This document shows positions 55,615 to 64,000 of a stretch of 64,000 nt of DNA, piece by piece. Positions within the stretch are counted from its first letter, which is position 1, and every line of letters starts with the position of its first letter. The translations under genes and the position numbers were made by a program. The stretch is from the IMG/VR virus record IMGVR_UViG_3300042569_002633; one strand, 5' to 3'. The DNA is from an uncultured virus (IMG/VR IMGVR_UViG_3300042569_002633). Taxonomy: Duplodnaviria; Heunggongvirae; Uroviricota; Caudoviricetes. The notes beneath the pieces are model-generated. The model made no database searches. It saw nothing but the letters and a program-made list of their open reading frames with translations, and was not told the origin of the DNA.

Positions 55615-57024
55615 TTACATTTCAGAAAGAAAAAGATCTATTGCCTTCTGTCTATATGCTATTTTATCTTCCTTGATCTGTGGGTTCTTTAGAGGTATTT
55701 TCTTTCTCCCCACTATCTCGGGTGGCAGGATGGGAGAAAAAGTATCTTTTAGTATCTTCTTATCCTTTCTCCACTCGAGAGGCAAATGTAGTGCAAATCT
55801 CACTATGTCAAGATTTAAAAATGGGGTTCTTAGCTCCAGTGTATGAGCCATGCTCATCTTGTCCAGCCGTGGCAGGTGATAATAAGAAAGTTCTTCAAAA
55901 ACATCAGACTTTTGAGAATCAAATTCGTGTATTCTTGAATATCCACCAAACAATTCATCAGAGCCGTCGCCACTTATAACTATTCTGTATCCGGTCTGTT
56001 CTTTGACAGCTTTAAACAAATGATACTGTGGTATAACAGAACCAAGATCGACCGGTCCTTCGTTCCATATTTTATAGATTTCCTTATTTAAGGATTCGTC
56101 CATATCGTATGTTAGCTTATTGATCTTGATATCAAGGTGTTTAGCTAGAAGGTCGGCATATTCAGTTTCACCATTCTCTATTGTGAACCAGTTTATTCTA
56201 TCAATAGATTCAGATTTCATTAATGCTGCGATAATAGAAGAATCGAGTCCGCCTGATATTAATGCGGATATTGGGTAATTCTTACTAAGTAATCTATTCT
56301 TAACACTTTCCACCATTTTATCCCATAGCCAGTCCATGTGCTCCTCGTATGATTTACCTCGAAGCTCGTAAATAGGGGAGTCAAATCCCTCCCAGTATTT
56401 TTGATAAACCTGTTGGAACATAGGAGATACTATGTTAAAAGAATAGATGTTATTAGGAAGGATTCTTTTTATTTCCTTATAAGGCGTTCTATTGTCAGTG
56501 TTATAACCCCACTTTCTAACGCTAGAAATATAAGTATCGTCTATGGAATATCCCTGGCGATGCACACCTTTTATCTCCGAGGATATCTCACCTTCTTTAT
56601 TAACATATAGACATTTTTTACCCAATGGGTCAGTAAAGCAAATAACATCTCCTGTTTTTGAATCATATATGACAATAGCCCAAAAACCATCCCATGTTTG
56701 CATGTGTGGAAGAAAGAGAGCTGAAAACATTTCAACACCACCAAAACTATAGGAGCTAAAAAGATTGCAAAGATATTCTATATCAGAGGAATATGCGCTA
56801 GTATCATAGTTGAAAATCTCGCCATTAAAAAGCATATAAATACCATCTGATATTTGTTTTGGCTGATACCAATTATCGCCTTCCACTGTTTGGATAGGTA
56901 ATCTATGGTGGCATAGCGTAACACCTTCTAATTTTTTATCGGTTCTTTCAATTCCTCTATGAGAGATAGAATTTAATATCTCCTCCGTTGAGTTAAATTC
57001 AGTTGCTAGTATTATTCCGCACAT
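55615..57024 (-). CDS. asnB: asparagine synthetase B-like glutamine amidotransferase
   Basis: N-terminal MCGI (Ntn Cys), HRG, HHRL, FNGEIFNY, DPLGKK, SGGLDSS, SGDGSDELFGGY, ELRTPFL. Confidence 0.9.
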   Translation of the reverse strand: MCGIILATEFNSTEEILNSISHRGIERTDKKLEGVTLCHHRLPIQTVEGDNWYQPKQISDGIYMLFNGEIFNYDTSAYSSDIEYLCNLFSSYSFGGVEMFSALFLPHMQTWDGFWAIVIYDSKTGDVICFTDPLGKKCLYVNKEGEISSEIKGVHRQGYSIDDTYISSVRKWGYNTDNRTPYKEIKRILPNNIYSFNIVSPMFQQVYQKYWEGFDSPIYELRGKSYEEHMDWLWDKMVESVKNRLLSKNYPISALISGGLDSSIIAALMKSESIDRINWFTIENGETEYADLLAKHLDIKINKLTYDMDESLNKEIYKIWNEGPVDLGSVIPQYHLFKAVKEQTGYRIVISGDGSDELFGGYSRIHEFDSQKSDVFEELSYYHLPRLDKMSMAHTLELRTPFLNLDIVRFALHLPLEWRKDKKILKDTFSPILPPEIVGRKKIPLKNPQIKEDKIAYRQKAIDLFLSEM

Positions 57025-57574
57025 TCTTTATAATTTTTGCTAAATCGTGTATTGATTGTTCATTAAATTCATTTCTGAATCTTGTTACTTCTATGTCAGT
57101 GTGATCAGAGGATATCTGATGAAGCATAAATTCATAAGCAAACTTCTCACTGTTTGTTTTCTCTATGTCATCCCACATGTCCTTATTTCTATCGGATTGG
57201 TCTGGGTTGTCACCCTCTATATAGATGATGTGTATATCCCTCGTTAAACCACCTGAGTTTAAAAGCCCAAGATGTTTCCTTGCGGTAGATGGATCTATTC
57301 TCTTCTCTAATAATCCCCAGGAAAGAACGGTAAGAAACCCACGGTCTATGATAACGTCTTCCGGTATGAATCCGTCCCTATTTAATTGCATTAGCATTAA
57401 ATCCTTACCCATAGAAAAAGAGTGAGCAGATTCGCTTTCTTTGCTTTCCAGATTAAGCCCGTTAAAGTATTCTACAAAATCAAATTGGAATCTAGGTATG
57501 TACAGATCCTCTGATATTTGTTTACTAAGAAATGTTTTACCTGAATTTCTACAACCCTCAAATATGATAACCAT
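56999..57574 (-). CDS. nucleoside monophosphate kinase (thymidylate kinase-like)
   Basis: IIFEGCRNSGKT P-loop and IIDRG motif; overlaps the asnB-like start. Confidence 0.75.
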   Translation of the reverse strand: MVIIFEGCRNSGKTFLSKQISEDLYIPRFQFDFVEYFNGLNLESKESESAHSFSMGKDLMLMQLNRDGFIPEDVIIDRGFLTVLSWGLLEKRIDPSTARKHLGLLNSGGLTRDIHIIYIEGDNPDQSDRNKDMWDDIEKTNSEKFAYEFMLHQISSDHTDIEVTRFRNEFNEQSIHDLAKIIKNVRNNTSN

Positions 57575-57578
57575 GAAG

Positions 57579-57607
57579 ATTATATCATCAAAATGAGTTT
57601 TGTTTTC
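57579..57607 (-). promoter_or_regulatory. putative early/middle promoter GAAAAC-N17-TATAAT
   Basis: Second promoter class; -10 box is 4 nt before ATG 57574. Confidence 0.5.
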
Positions 57608-57622
57608 GTAAAATGATCGAAA

Positions 57623-60058
57623 TTAAGAATTCTTTACATTATAACATCTGCTCTTATCCTCCTGAGGCATTTGAGCAAAGTCTGTTGAATTCATTCTTTT
57701 CACGTGTATCTTTATGCTTGGATAAACCCTAGATGCTATAAAATATACACTATTACCAAAAGCACACTTGATAGGAGATGAACTGCTCTTAGCCATTTTA
57801 GAAAGACTTCCCCATCCCTCTAATCCATCATCTATATCTTTGTATTGATCTATCGTTTCGTCCTTGTTGATTATCTCGGATGTTGATTTGACCTTCATAG
57901 TTGCTCCTTCATACTCTAACATAAATCCGTTCTTTTCAGATTCAGATTTGTTGGTTAATATGCTATCGCTAGCTATTCTTTTAGCTACATTTGGAGTTAA
58001 AACGTTTTCATAAATCCACTTAATAGAACTTATGAATCTATCACCATCGAACGTAACCGTATTAGCAATCATGCAAAGAAGATTATTAAGGACGACAATA
58101 TCAGAGGCACCAAGATCAGGATCGCTTTCGCCTATCTGAGACATTTCTTTTACCGCTTTACCAATCTTCTTAGTTAAAAGATCAAATGGTATGCAGGGTA
58201 TTTCAGAGTCTTTAAGAATCTGCGAAACCATCTCGTAGACGCCAGGAAAATCAAGATCAAGGTCTGCATTTTTCTTATATAAGCTCTTAATCGACGCAGA
58301 TCTAAAGTTAGGTCTTGTCATTCCAAATGTGCCCCAGTTTTCTAGATAATTTGAAACAAAATCCAAACAATCATCATCTGACATCATTCTAAGTTGTCTA
58401 GCTTCAGCCCACGATTTCCAATTGGACGGTGTCTTAAGACTAGTTTTGTCCGAGTCTATAGCATATGCTCCACCCTCCCAGAAGAAATATTGATAATCTG
58501 TATTTTCTCCAACCTCAGTCACAGCTTGATTCCAAGCTTCTATAAAAGGTCCGGAATAAGAGGATCTAAAGTTGCCATCCTCTCTTTTAAAATCATCCGA
58601 TTCAACCTTAAGATCATAGTACTTTCTCAATTTCTTAGCAAGATCATCAGTGTCAAAGGCATCCTTTTCTTTCTGTGATATCTTTGGAGAATTATTCTTT
58701 CCCTTATCATCAGTTAGATAGGATTCTAAATCTTTGGAAAAGCTTTCCTTGTCTATCACTATTTTTTCTTCGAAAATTGGATCACCATAAACAAAAGAAA
58801 GAATAGATTCCTTTAGAGGTTTCTTTAGAGCTCTGAGATCATTTATTATTTGATCCTTGTGTTTTTTAGATATAAAATCTGATACAAGTATTGAATCTAG
58901 TAAAGCTTTATCCATTTTACCGTCTATGTTCTTATTGCCCATATTTTTCTGGATGGCTTTAATAACAGACTCTGTCTTCTGCCCGAACGTGCCCTTTTCT
59001 CCACTGCTTTTAAGAGCAGAGGAAGAACTAGGTATGCCGTCTGCTAAAGCATCCTGTATGTGTGCTATAAGCCCAGTACCAGCAAATCTTTTGTTTTCAT
59101 CAGAATCGCCGAGCTTGATAGGAAAAACAAACTTAACCACCTCTGCTTCGTTTTCAGCTATCTCTTCTCTTAAAGATTTCATGGTCTCCAAATACTGAGT
59201 TTTAGCACGGGTTAGAATATCTAGAGCATCCGAGCATATCTCCGTTGCATCAGAATAATATTTAGCTAATTCTGGCTCCTGATCTATTTCAGACATACTT
59301 CTATTAGTGGATTGTATGACAGCAGAATAATACTCGTTCATATACTTCTCAATCTGCTTCTCCAAATCCTCCAGGTGTTTTCTGTCTCTTTCGCTTATAC
59401 CGTTTCTGGTAGCTTCAAGGACGTCCAACTTTTGATCAAGGTCTATAAATACTCTTCTCCAATCTTTACCGTATCCCATTTTTTGGTTTTTGCCATCGCA
59501 ACTAGAAATAAGGTTGTAAAGTATCTTTTTAAGATTCTCTATTCTTTCGCCATATCCCATAAAAATGCTCTCGTTAAGAAGTTTCTTAGTTTCCTCTATC
59601 TTCTTTAATTTAACATTAGCCAAGACATCAACGGATCTTTGTATAGAAGAGCAATAGCTCTTAAATTCCTGTAGGGCATCCCTACCTTTATCTGCGGAAA
59701 TTTCATCTATTCTGTGTAACACATCACAAAATTTATCGAGCGATTCCCTATACATTGCCTTCGTGTCTGATAGCAATCTGCTGGAAAGGTTCGCGTCCTC
59801 CGAGTAATCCTTTAGTTTTGAAACGAGCTCAGAAAGTGATCCTGATTTAGAAATATCGTAAAGCTTATTTCTTAATACATCAGGATTTCTATCATTTGAA
59901 GAAGCAATATCAAAGACAATGGACTTAAATACATCCATAGTATTAGCAACAACCCTTGTTACGAAATCCAAGACAGTCTTTTTTCCGTCACCCGCCTTAT
60001 TTGCTTCAGCTTCAAAGATCTGTCTGGCTATAGGATTATATTTGTAATATTCTTTCAT
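57623..60058 (-). CDS. large helical protein with a peptidoglycan-binding-like motif, possible ejected internal protein
   Basis: 811 aa; GTFGQKTESVIKAIQ...IDG motif; IFE/LNE protease-like sites. Confidence 0.55.
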   Translation of the reverse strand: MKEYYKYNPIARQIFEAEANKAGDGKKTVLDFVTRVVANTMDVFKSIVFDIASSNDRNPDVLRNKLYDISKSGSLSELVSKLKDYSEDANLSSRLLSDTKAMYRESLDKFCDVLHRIDEISADKGRDALQEFKSYCSSIQRSVDVLANVKLKKIEETKKLLNESIFMGYGERIENLKKILYNLISSCDGKNQKMGYGKDWRRVFIDLDQKLDVLEATRNGISERDRKHLEDLEKQIEKYMNEYYSAVIQSTNRSMSEIDQEPELAKYYSDATEICSDALDILTRAKTQYLETMKSLREEIAENEAEVVKFVFPIKLGDSDENKRFAGTGLIAHIQDALADGIPSSSSALKSSGEKGTFGQKTESVIKAIQKNMGNKNIDGKMDKALLDSILVSDFISKKHKDQIINDLRALKKPLKESILSFVYGDPIFEEKIVIDKESFSKDLESYLTDDKGKNNSPKISQKEKDAFDTDDLAKKLRKYYDLKVESDDFKREDGNFRSSYSGPFIEAWNQAVTEVGENTDYQYFFWEGGAYAIDSDKTSLKTPSNWKSWAEARQLRMMSDDDCLDFVSNYLENWGTFGMTRPNFRSASIKSLYKKNADLDLDFPGVYEMVSQILKDSEIPCIPFDLLTKKIGKAVKEMSQIGESDPDLGASDIVVLNNLLCMIANTVTFDGDRFISSIKWIYENVLTPNVAKRIASDSILTNKSESEKNGFMLEYEGATMKVKSTSEIINKDETIDQYKDIDDGLEGWGSLSKMAKSSSSPIKCAFGNSVYFIASRVYPSIKIHVKRMNSTDFAQMPQEDKSRCYNVKNS

Positions 60059-60071
60059 CTGAATTAATTTT

Positions 60072-60941
60072 TTAAGAGTATCTTTTAGCTAAAGTTATTT
60101 TAGATCTAAACTCCCTGATTTTTTCAAGATATTTTTCTTTGATCTTTTTTATATTTCTTTCCGCTTCAATCTCAAAGTCTCTATCCTTCTTCTTTTTTAT
60201 TTCCTCTTCTATTCTAGAGACCTCAAGATCCATATCAACATAAAGTCTGTTTCTTTCTTCTGTGCATATTTTCATTAGCTCCCTAGCTTCCTTTGGATCT
60301 AAATCCTTAACGCTATCTGAAAATTCACCTAGTGGTTTTTTAGAAAGCTTAGAAAGTGAGGTCTCGCTCTTTTCTAACTCCTCTTCCTTATCGGAAAGCT
60401 TACCAAGTTTACCTTTGTATTTTTTAGAAAGAACACTTTCCAATCTTGTTGATTTATCTAAGAATTTCTTATATTTGTCATAGAGATCAGAAGCCATCTC
60501 ATCGTCGCCCAATGATTTAGCTATATCGTACATTCTTTTAGCTATATCTGCATCTGCCTGTGCTTTCTCCTTTCCCCAATAATCAGAAAGTCTATTGTTC
60601 CCTTTCGTGATGACTTCCACTTTCCTGAATATGTTTTCTAATTCCTTTTCCTTCTTTTTCTTTATTGCACTTAGAATTTGCTTCTTTCTCTCTACCATTC
60701 TTAGTGTGGACTTTTCTTGAGCAGCATCAACGTCCCCTTGAAGTTTGATTTCAAGTTGATCGATCTCGGAGACTACGTCTTCCCACTCCTGAATATACCC
60801 GGTTTCCGCTTTTTTAATTGCTAGAATAAGGCTGTCTAGTTTTTCAACGGCACCACCGAAGTTGCCGCTTAGCCAATTTTTGATCGAAGTCAATACACTT
60901 GCTTCGTTCAATTGGTTCCATTGTTCAAATTTTAAAATCAT
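60072..60941 (-). CDS. coiled-coil protein, possible internal head protein (paralog of 60954..62102)
   Basis: N-terminus MILKFEQWNQLNE; EIDQLE...RLSDYW. Confidence 0.6.
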   Translation of the reverse strand: MILKFEQWNQLNEASVLTSIKNWLSGNFGGAVEKLDSLILAIKKAETGYIQEWEDVVSEIDQLEIKLQGDVDAAQEKSTLRMVERKKQILSAIKKKKEKELENIFRKVEVITKGNNRLSDYWGKEKAQADADIAKRMYDIAKSLGDDEMASDLYDKYKKFLDKSTRLESVLSKKYKGKLGKLSDKEEELEKSETSLSKLSKKPLGEFSDSVKDLDPKEARELMKICTEERNRLYVDMDLEVSRIEEEIKKKKDRDFEIEAERNIKKIKEKYLEKIREFRSKITLAKRYS

Positions 60942-60953
60942 ACTCTTTAGTTG

Positions 60954-62102
60954 TCAATATACTACGATAGAAAACGAATCTAGATCACTGGTGGCCTTGT
61001 CTATTTTAGAAGAACTTGGAGTTCCTGTAAAAGCATCTTGTACAGTTTTCTGAGCTGCTCCTGCCGTTCCGCCTTGTGACGATGTAGCTTTGTTTATTTT
61101 ATCTGTTAAGTCTTTAATCTTTGAGGATTTCGATGCATTTCTTCTGATCTCTTCTTCGTTCTTACCCATCTCTTTATATAGATTAAGTAGGTTAATTTTA
61201 GAGTCTAGTATTACAGCAATCTCAATAGCATCCCGCTGAAACTTTTTAATAATGTTTTCAGATGCTTGCCCCTTTATTATTTTTTTCCTAGCCTTCTCGA
61301 GAACTTCTTCTAAATCAGCCTTAAGATTAGCGATCTCTATCCCGATGTCTTTTTTTCTCTGTATTATGCTCTTTGTCTTTCCGGATTTTATTATCTTACC
61401 TTCCCTCTCTGAGTCTATTCCGGAAGACTTTGGTTTATCTCCCTTATCCTCTTTTTTAGAAGTCTTAGATAGTTCCGCTTTGAACTTTTCAGCAGCGTCT
61501 TCCGCATCTTTCTTTGCCTTCTCTATCTCTAATTTCTGCTTAGATAGTCTTTCAGTGTCAGCAGATCTATTCTTAAGAACCTGGTATTTAGCCTGTTCTA
61601 ATTTATACTCATCCTCTGCTCTTGTGGTTTCCCAGTATTCCCTTAATCTTGAACTTTTTGTAATCAATTTATCCAATAGATCATAAACTCTTTTAACATT
61701 GGCTTTATGAGATCCCACTAGAGCTGTTTTTTCCTGATTCTTAGCATCGAGCTGCTTCTTTAATGCAGAAGCCATAGATTCATTCTTTTCTTTAGATGCT
61801 TTAGCAAGCTCGTCTTCTAGATTATCGATCTCATCCGATAATTCAAATTTTGTATCGTAGTATTTTATCTCAAGATCCAACAATTTTTTTCTAAGATCAT
61901 CGATCATACCCGCTTTGGAAAATGATCCGAATAGAATTTTGGATGCCCCAGTTTTAAGATCATCTAAAAACCCCTCTTCTAGGATAGAATCGTTATCTAG
62001 CTCAGAGATGATGTAATTAACTTCTATCATATCCTCACTGTTAGCTTTTTCTAATAGAGGCTTGATATTTTTAAATTCTGAAAATTTTGCAAATCTACTC
62101 AT
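60954..62102 (-). CDS. coiled-coil protein, possible internal head protein
   Basis: N-terminus MSRFAKFSEF...LLE; EIDNLE...RLREYW. Confidence 0.6.
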   Translation of the reverse strand: MSRFAKFSEFKNIKPLLEKANSEDMIEVNYIISELDNDSILEEGFLDDLKTGASKILFGSFSKAGMIDDLRKKLLDLEIKYYDTKFELSDEIDNLEDELAKASKEKNESMASALKKQLDAKNQEKTALVGSHKANVKRVYDLLDKLITKSSRLREYWETTRAEDEYKLEQAKYQVLKNRSADTERLSKQKLEIEKAKKDAEDAAEKFKAELSKTSKKEDKGDKPKSSGIDSEREGKIIKSGKTKSIIQRKKDIGIEIANLKADLEEVLEKARKKIIKGQASENIIKKFQRDAIEIAVILDSKINLLNLYKEMGKNEEEIRRNASKSSKIKDLTDKINKATSSQGGTAGAAQKTVQDAFTGTPSSSKIDKATSDLDSFSIVVY

Positions 62103-62123
62103 ATTGATATTTTAATTTCAGTC

Positions 62124-62131
62124 TATATATC
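62124..62131 (-). promoter_or_regulatory. putative late promoter GATATATA
   Basis: Octamer between the capsid terminator and ATG 62102. Confidence 0.65.
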
Positions 62132-62166
62132 ACCAATCTTAAAATAAAGAAGCAAAAAGTTAGGGC

Positions 62167-62199
62167 AAAAAAAAAACCCTAAGTTTCCTTAGGGTTTTT
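62167..62199 (-). terminator. Rho-independent terminator after the major capsid gene
   Basis: Minus strand AAAAACCCTAAG-GAAA-CTTAGGG followed by a 10-T run. Confidence 0.9.
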
Positions 62200-62228
62200 G
62201 CTATGTTTATTTCTAGATTAGACTAGGA

Positions 62229-63959
62229 TTAAACGATTCCACCAGCTGGAAGCTGTACGTAGAAAGTGAAATACAGAGTCTCTGGAAGCATACCAGCCTC
62301 AACTAGAGCGTATCTAGACTTAACTGCGATCTTCGGAGACATTGTACCTTCAGAGATGGTTTGGATAGACTCAGCCATCATGTAAGGCATGAATTTCAAA
62401 CCTGGCTCATCGTCACCACCTTTTCTACCAACACAAACTCTAGTGTCGTTGTAGTTCATGTTCTGATCTACGTAAACGGTCATACCAGCTAGAGAACCAA
62501 CTGGGTAAAGAGTACCGTTGTTTTGAGTTAGAGTGTTTGTGAACGGAGCGAAAGTGAACTGGCTAATGTCTTGTAACGCAGAAGCGATAGCAGCGTTAGT
62601 TACAAGGAAGTTAGCAGGACCTCTTCTACCTTGGTTAGCAACCACGTTAGCAGCAGCTAGAATTCTAGAGTACAGTCTTCTTTGTAAAGTTGACAAGTTC
62701 TCGTAGCTTGAAGTAGATGGACCAGATGGGATTGGCATAGTAACACCAGCATCAGATTTATTGATGTAAGCGCTAGTTGTACCAGTTCCACCACCAAGAA
62801 CCAAGTTCAAGTTCAAGTTTTGATTTTGAACGTTGTTGAACTGGGTGTGGTTAGACCAACCTAGTGCAAATGCTCTAGAAAGGATGTGCTTGTTAATAGC
62901 TTGAGAAACCTCGTTAACAAGTGCATTCTCGATCATAGAGATAACGTCAATACCAAATTGCTTGTTCAAATCTTGGATTTGCTCCGTAGTTACAGAAGCA
63001 GCTACTTGGAAAGTTTCAGCTTCTACGAACTTAGTGAAGGTGCTTAGACCCATTGAGTTGTAGTAAGTAGATTCAGCTACTCCTCTCAACATTGGGTTGT
63101 AAGTCTTAGTACCATCAACGTAAGGACCTTGCCAGTCTTGGTTGTTGTTGAAACCAGCACCAGAGAAACCTTGGATGTGATCTTCAAGAGCTTTAACCAA
63201 TTGTGCACTATAGTTAACACTAGTTGCACCAAGATAGAAACCACTTGTACCTACTTGAATACCAGCAGTACCGTCGATGATACCAGCAACATTAAATCCA
63301 GTAGAAATATTGTTAATTCTGAAGATTGGGAAACCATCGATTCTTGAAAGACCAACGAAGATCAAAGTCAAAGTACCGCCGTTAGTTACAGTGTAAGTTG
63401 TACCTACAGTAAATGTACCAGCAGTAGCACCAGTAGTACCAGTACCAGCAGTTGACTGATAAACTGGGAATTTGATCATTGTTGGAGCATCAGCTAAATC
63501 TTCACCAGCAGTAGCAGAAGTAGCACCAGCAATTTTACCACCAGCGTATACGTAGTCTAAATAAGACAAAATACCAGTTGGTCCAGACATTGGGATAACA
63601 GGAACGATATCAAATCCAACAGTCTTAGCAGCCACTTGGATAGCCAATGGAAGAAGAGATGGGAATTTGTCACCAGATCCGTTGTTTACTGGATTGTAGA
63701 ATCCTTGGTTAGCACCGAAGTTAGCGCCACCTGCGTTAGAACCAGAGAAAGAACCCATACCTGGGTATGCTGGAGGTGCTACGTTACCCATACCGTTTAC
63801 TACACCTAGAGTGTTATAAGCACCGGCAGATTCGTTCAATGAGTGGTAGTGACAATACTTAGTCAACCACGATTTTTTGTTTGAATCAGTGATACCAGCT
63901 TTGCTCTCAATTAGAGGCGACCAGGTATCATAGATTTCTTGTTCATTAATTAGTTTCAT
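62229..63959 (-). CDS. gp23: major capsid protein, T4 gp23-like
   Basis: WSPLIE, VPVIPMSGPTG, EQIQDL, EVSQAINK, RRGPANF, FMPY and PKIAVKSRYAL motifs; strongly biased codon usage. Confidence 0.92.
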   Translation of the reverse strand: MKLINEQEIYDTWSPLIESKAGITDSNKKSWLTKYCHYHSLNESAGAYNTLGVVNGMGNVAPPAYPGMGSFSGSNAGGANFGANQGFYNPVNNGSGDKFPSLLPLAIQVAAKTVGFDIVPVIPMSGPTGILSYLDYVYAGGKIAGATSATAGEDLADAPTMIKFPVYQSTAGTGTTGATAGTFTVGTTYTVTNGGTLTLIFVGLSRIDGFPIFRINNISTGFNVAGIIDGTAGIQVGTSGFYLGATSVNYSAQLVKALEDHIQGFSGAGFNNNQDWQGPYVDGTKTYNPMLRGVAESTYYNSMGLSTFTKFVEAETFQVAASVTTEQIQDLNKQFGIDVISMIENALVNEVSQAINKHILSRAFALGWSNHTQFNNVQNQNLNLNLVLGGGTGTTSAYINKSDAGVTMPIPSGPSTSSYENLSTLQRRLYSRILAAANVVANQGRRGPANFLVTNAAIASALQDISQFTFAPFTNTLTQNNGTLYPVGSLAGMTVYVDQNMNYNDTRVCVGRKGGDDEPGLKFMPYMMAESIQTISEGTMSPKIAVKSRYALVEAGMLPETLYFTFYVQLPAGGIV

Positions 63960-63976
63960 GATTAGAAATTATTTTT

Positions 63977-64000
63977 TTATTTGTTTGTTTGAAATCTTGA
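63977..64000 (-). CDS. 3' end of the upstream gene (scaffold/protease position), partial
   Basis: Reads ...SRFQTNK* just upstream of the capsid gene; identity inferred from synteny only. Confidence 0.35.
   Translation of the reverse strand, partial: SRFQTNK

Noticed and set aside
178..63347. Numerous short plus-strand ORFs in the track (e.g. 178..459, 520..813, 9189..9545, 44223..44603, 61252..61686)
   Set aside because: They lie antisense within long, motif-bearing minus-strand genes (the first two within the primase) and have shadow-frame composition.
1..64000. Stop-codon reassignment (TAG or TGA recoding) as seen in some large phages
   Set aside because: Genes up to 1833 aa are open in code 11 with dense packing, PhoH ends at TAG at its expected length, and several genes end in TGA.
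1..64000. tRNA or other stand-alone RNA genes
   Set aside because: Intergenic gaps are nearly all under 100 nt and none shows a cloverleaf or T-loop signature.

Overview
The window is 64 kb of a large, AT-rich, T4-like (contractile-tailed) jumbo-phage genome in the standard genetic code. Almost every gene is on the minus strand, with one credible plus-strand gene. Read in the direction of transcription (right to left) it holds: the gp23-like major capsid gene; a block of putative internal head proteins; a dNMP kinase plus asparagine-synthetase-like pair; a Nudix hydrolase; baseplate hub and spike genes; an S1 ribosomal-protein homolog, amidoligase and gp13 neck operon; gp25/gp6 wedge genes; very large virion proteins; PhoH; three collagen-containing fibre paralogs; a spanin-like membrane protein; a gp3-like tail terminator; a RuvC-like nuclease; gp32 SSB; and a primase truncated at the left edge. 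A/T-rich starts without Shine-Dalgarno sites and the style of several domains suggest a Bacteroidota host (inference). The most notable observations are: an Hsp70/DnaK substrate-binding domain embedded in a baseplate-region protein; a late-expressed S1 homolog; two readable promoter classes (late RATAWATA; early/middle GNAWMC-N17-TAKAAT giving near-leaderless mRNAs); a promoter-in-hairpin translational switch before gp25; a pervasive G-x-T-G motif in outer virion proteins; and shared capsid-targeting/protease-site N-termini. All product calls come from motif recognition by eye; no database searches were run. No tRNA, CRISPR array, intron or intein was recognised.
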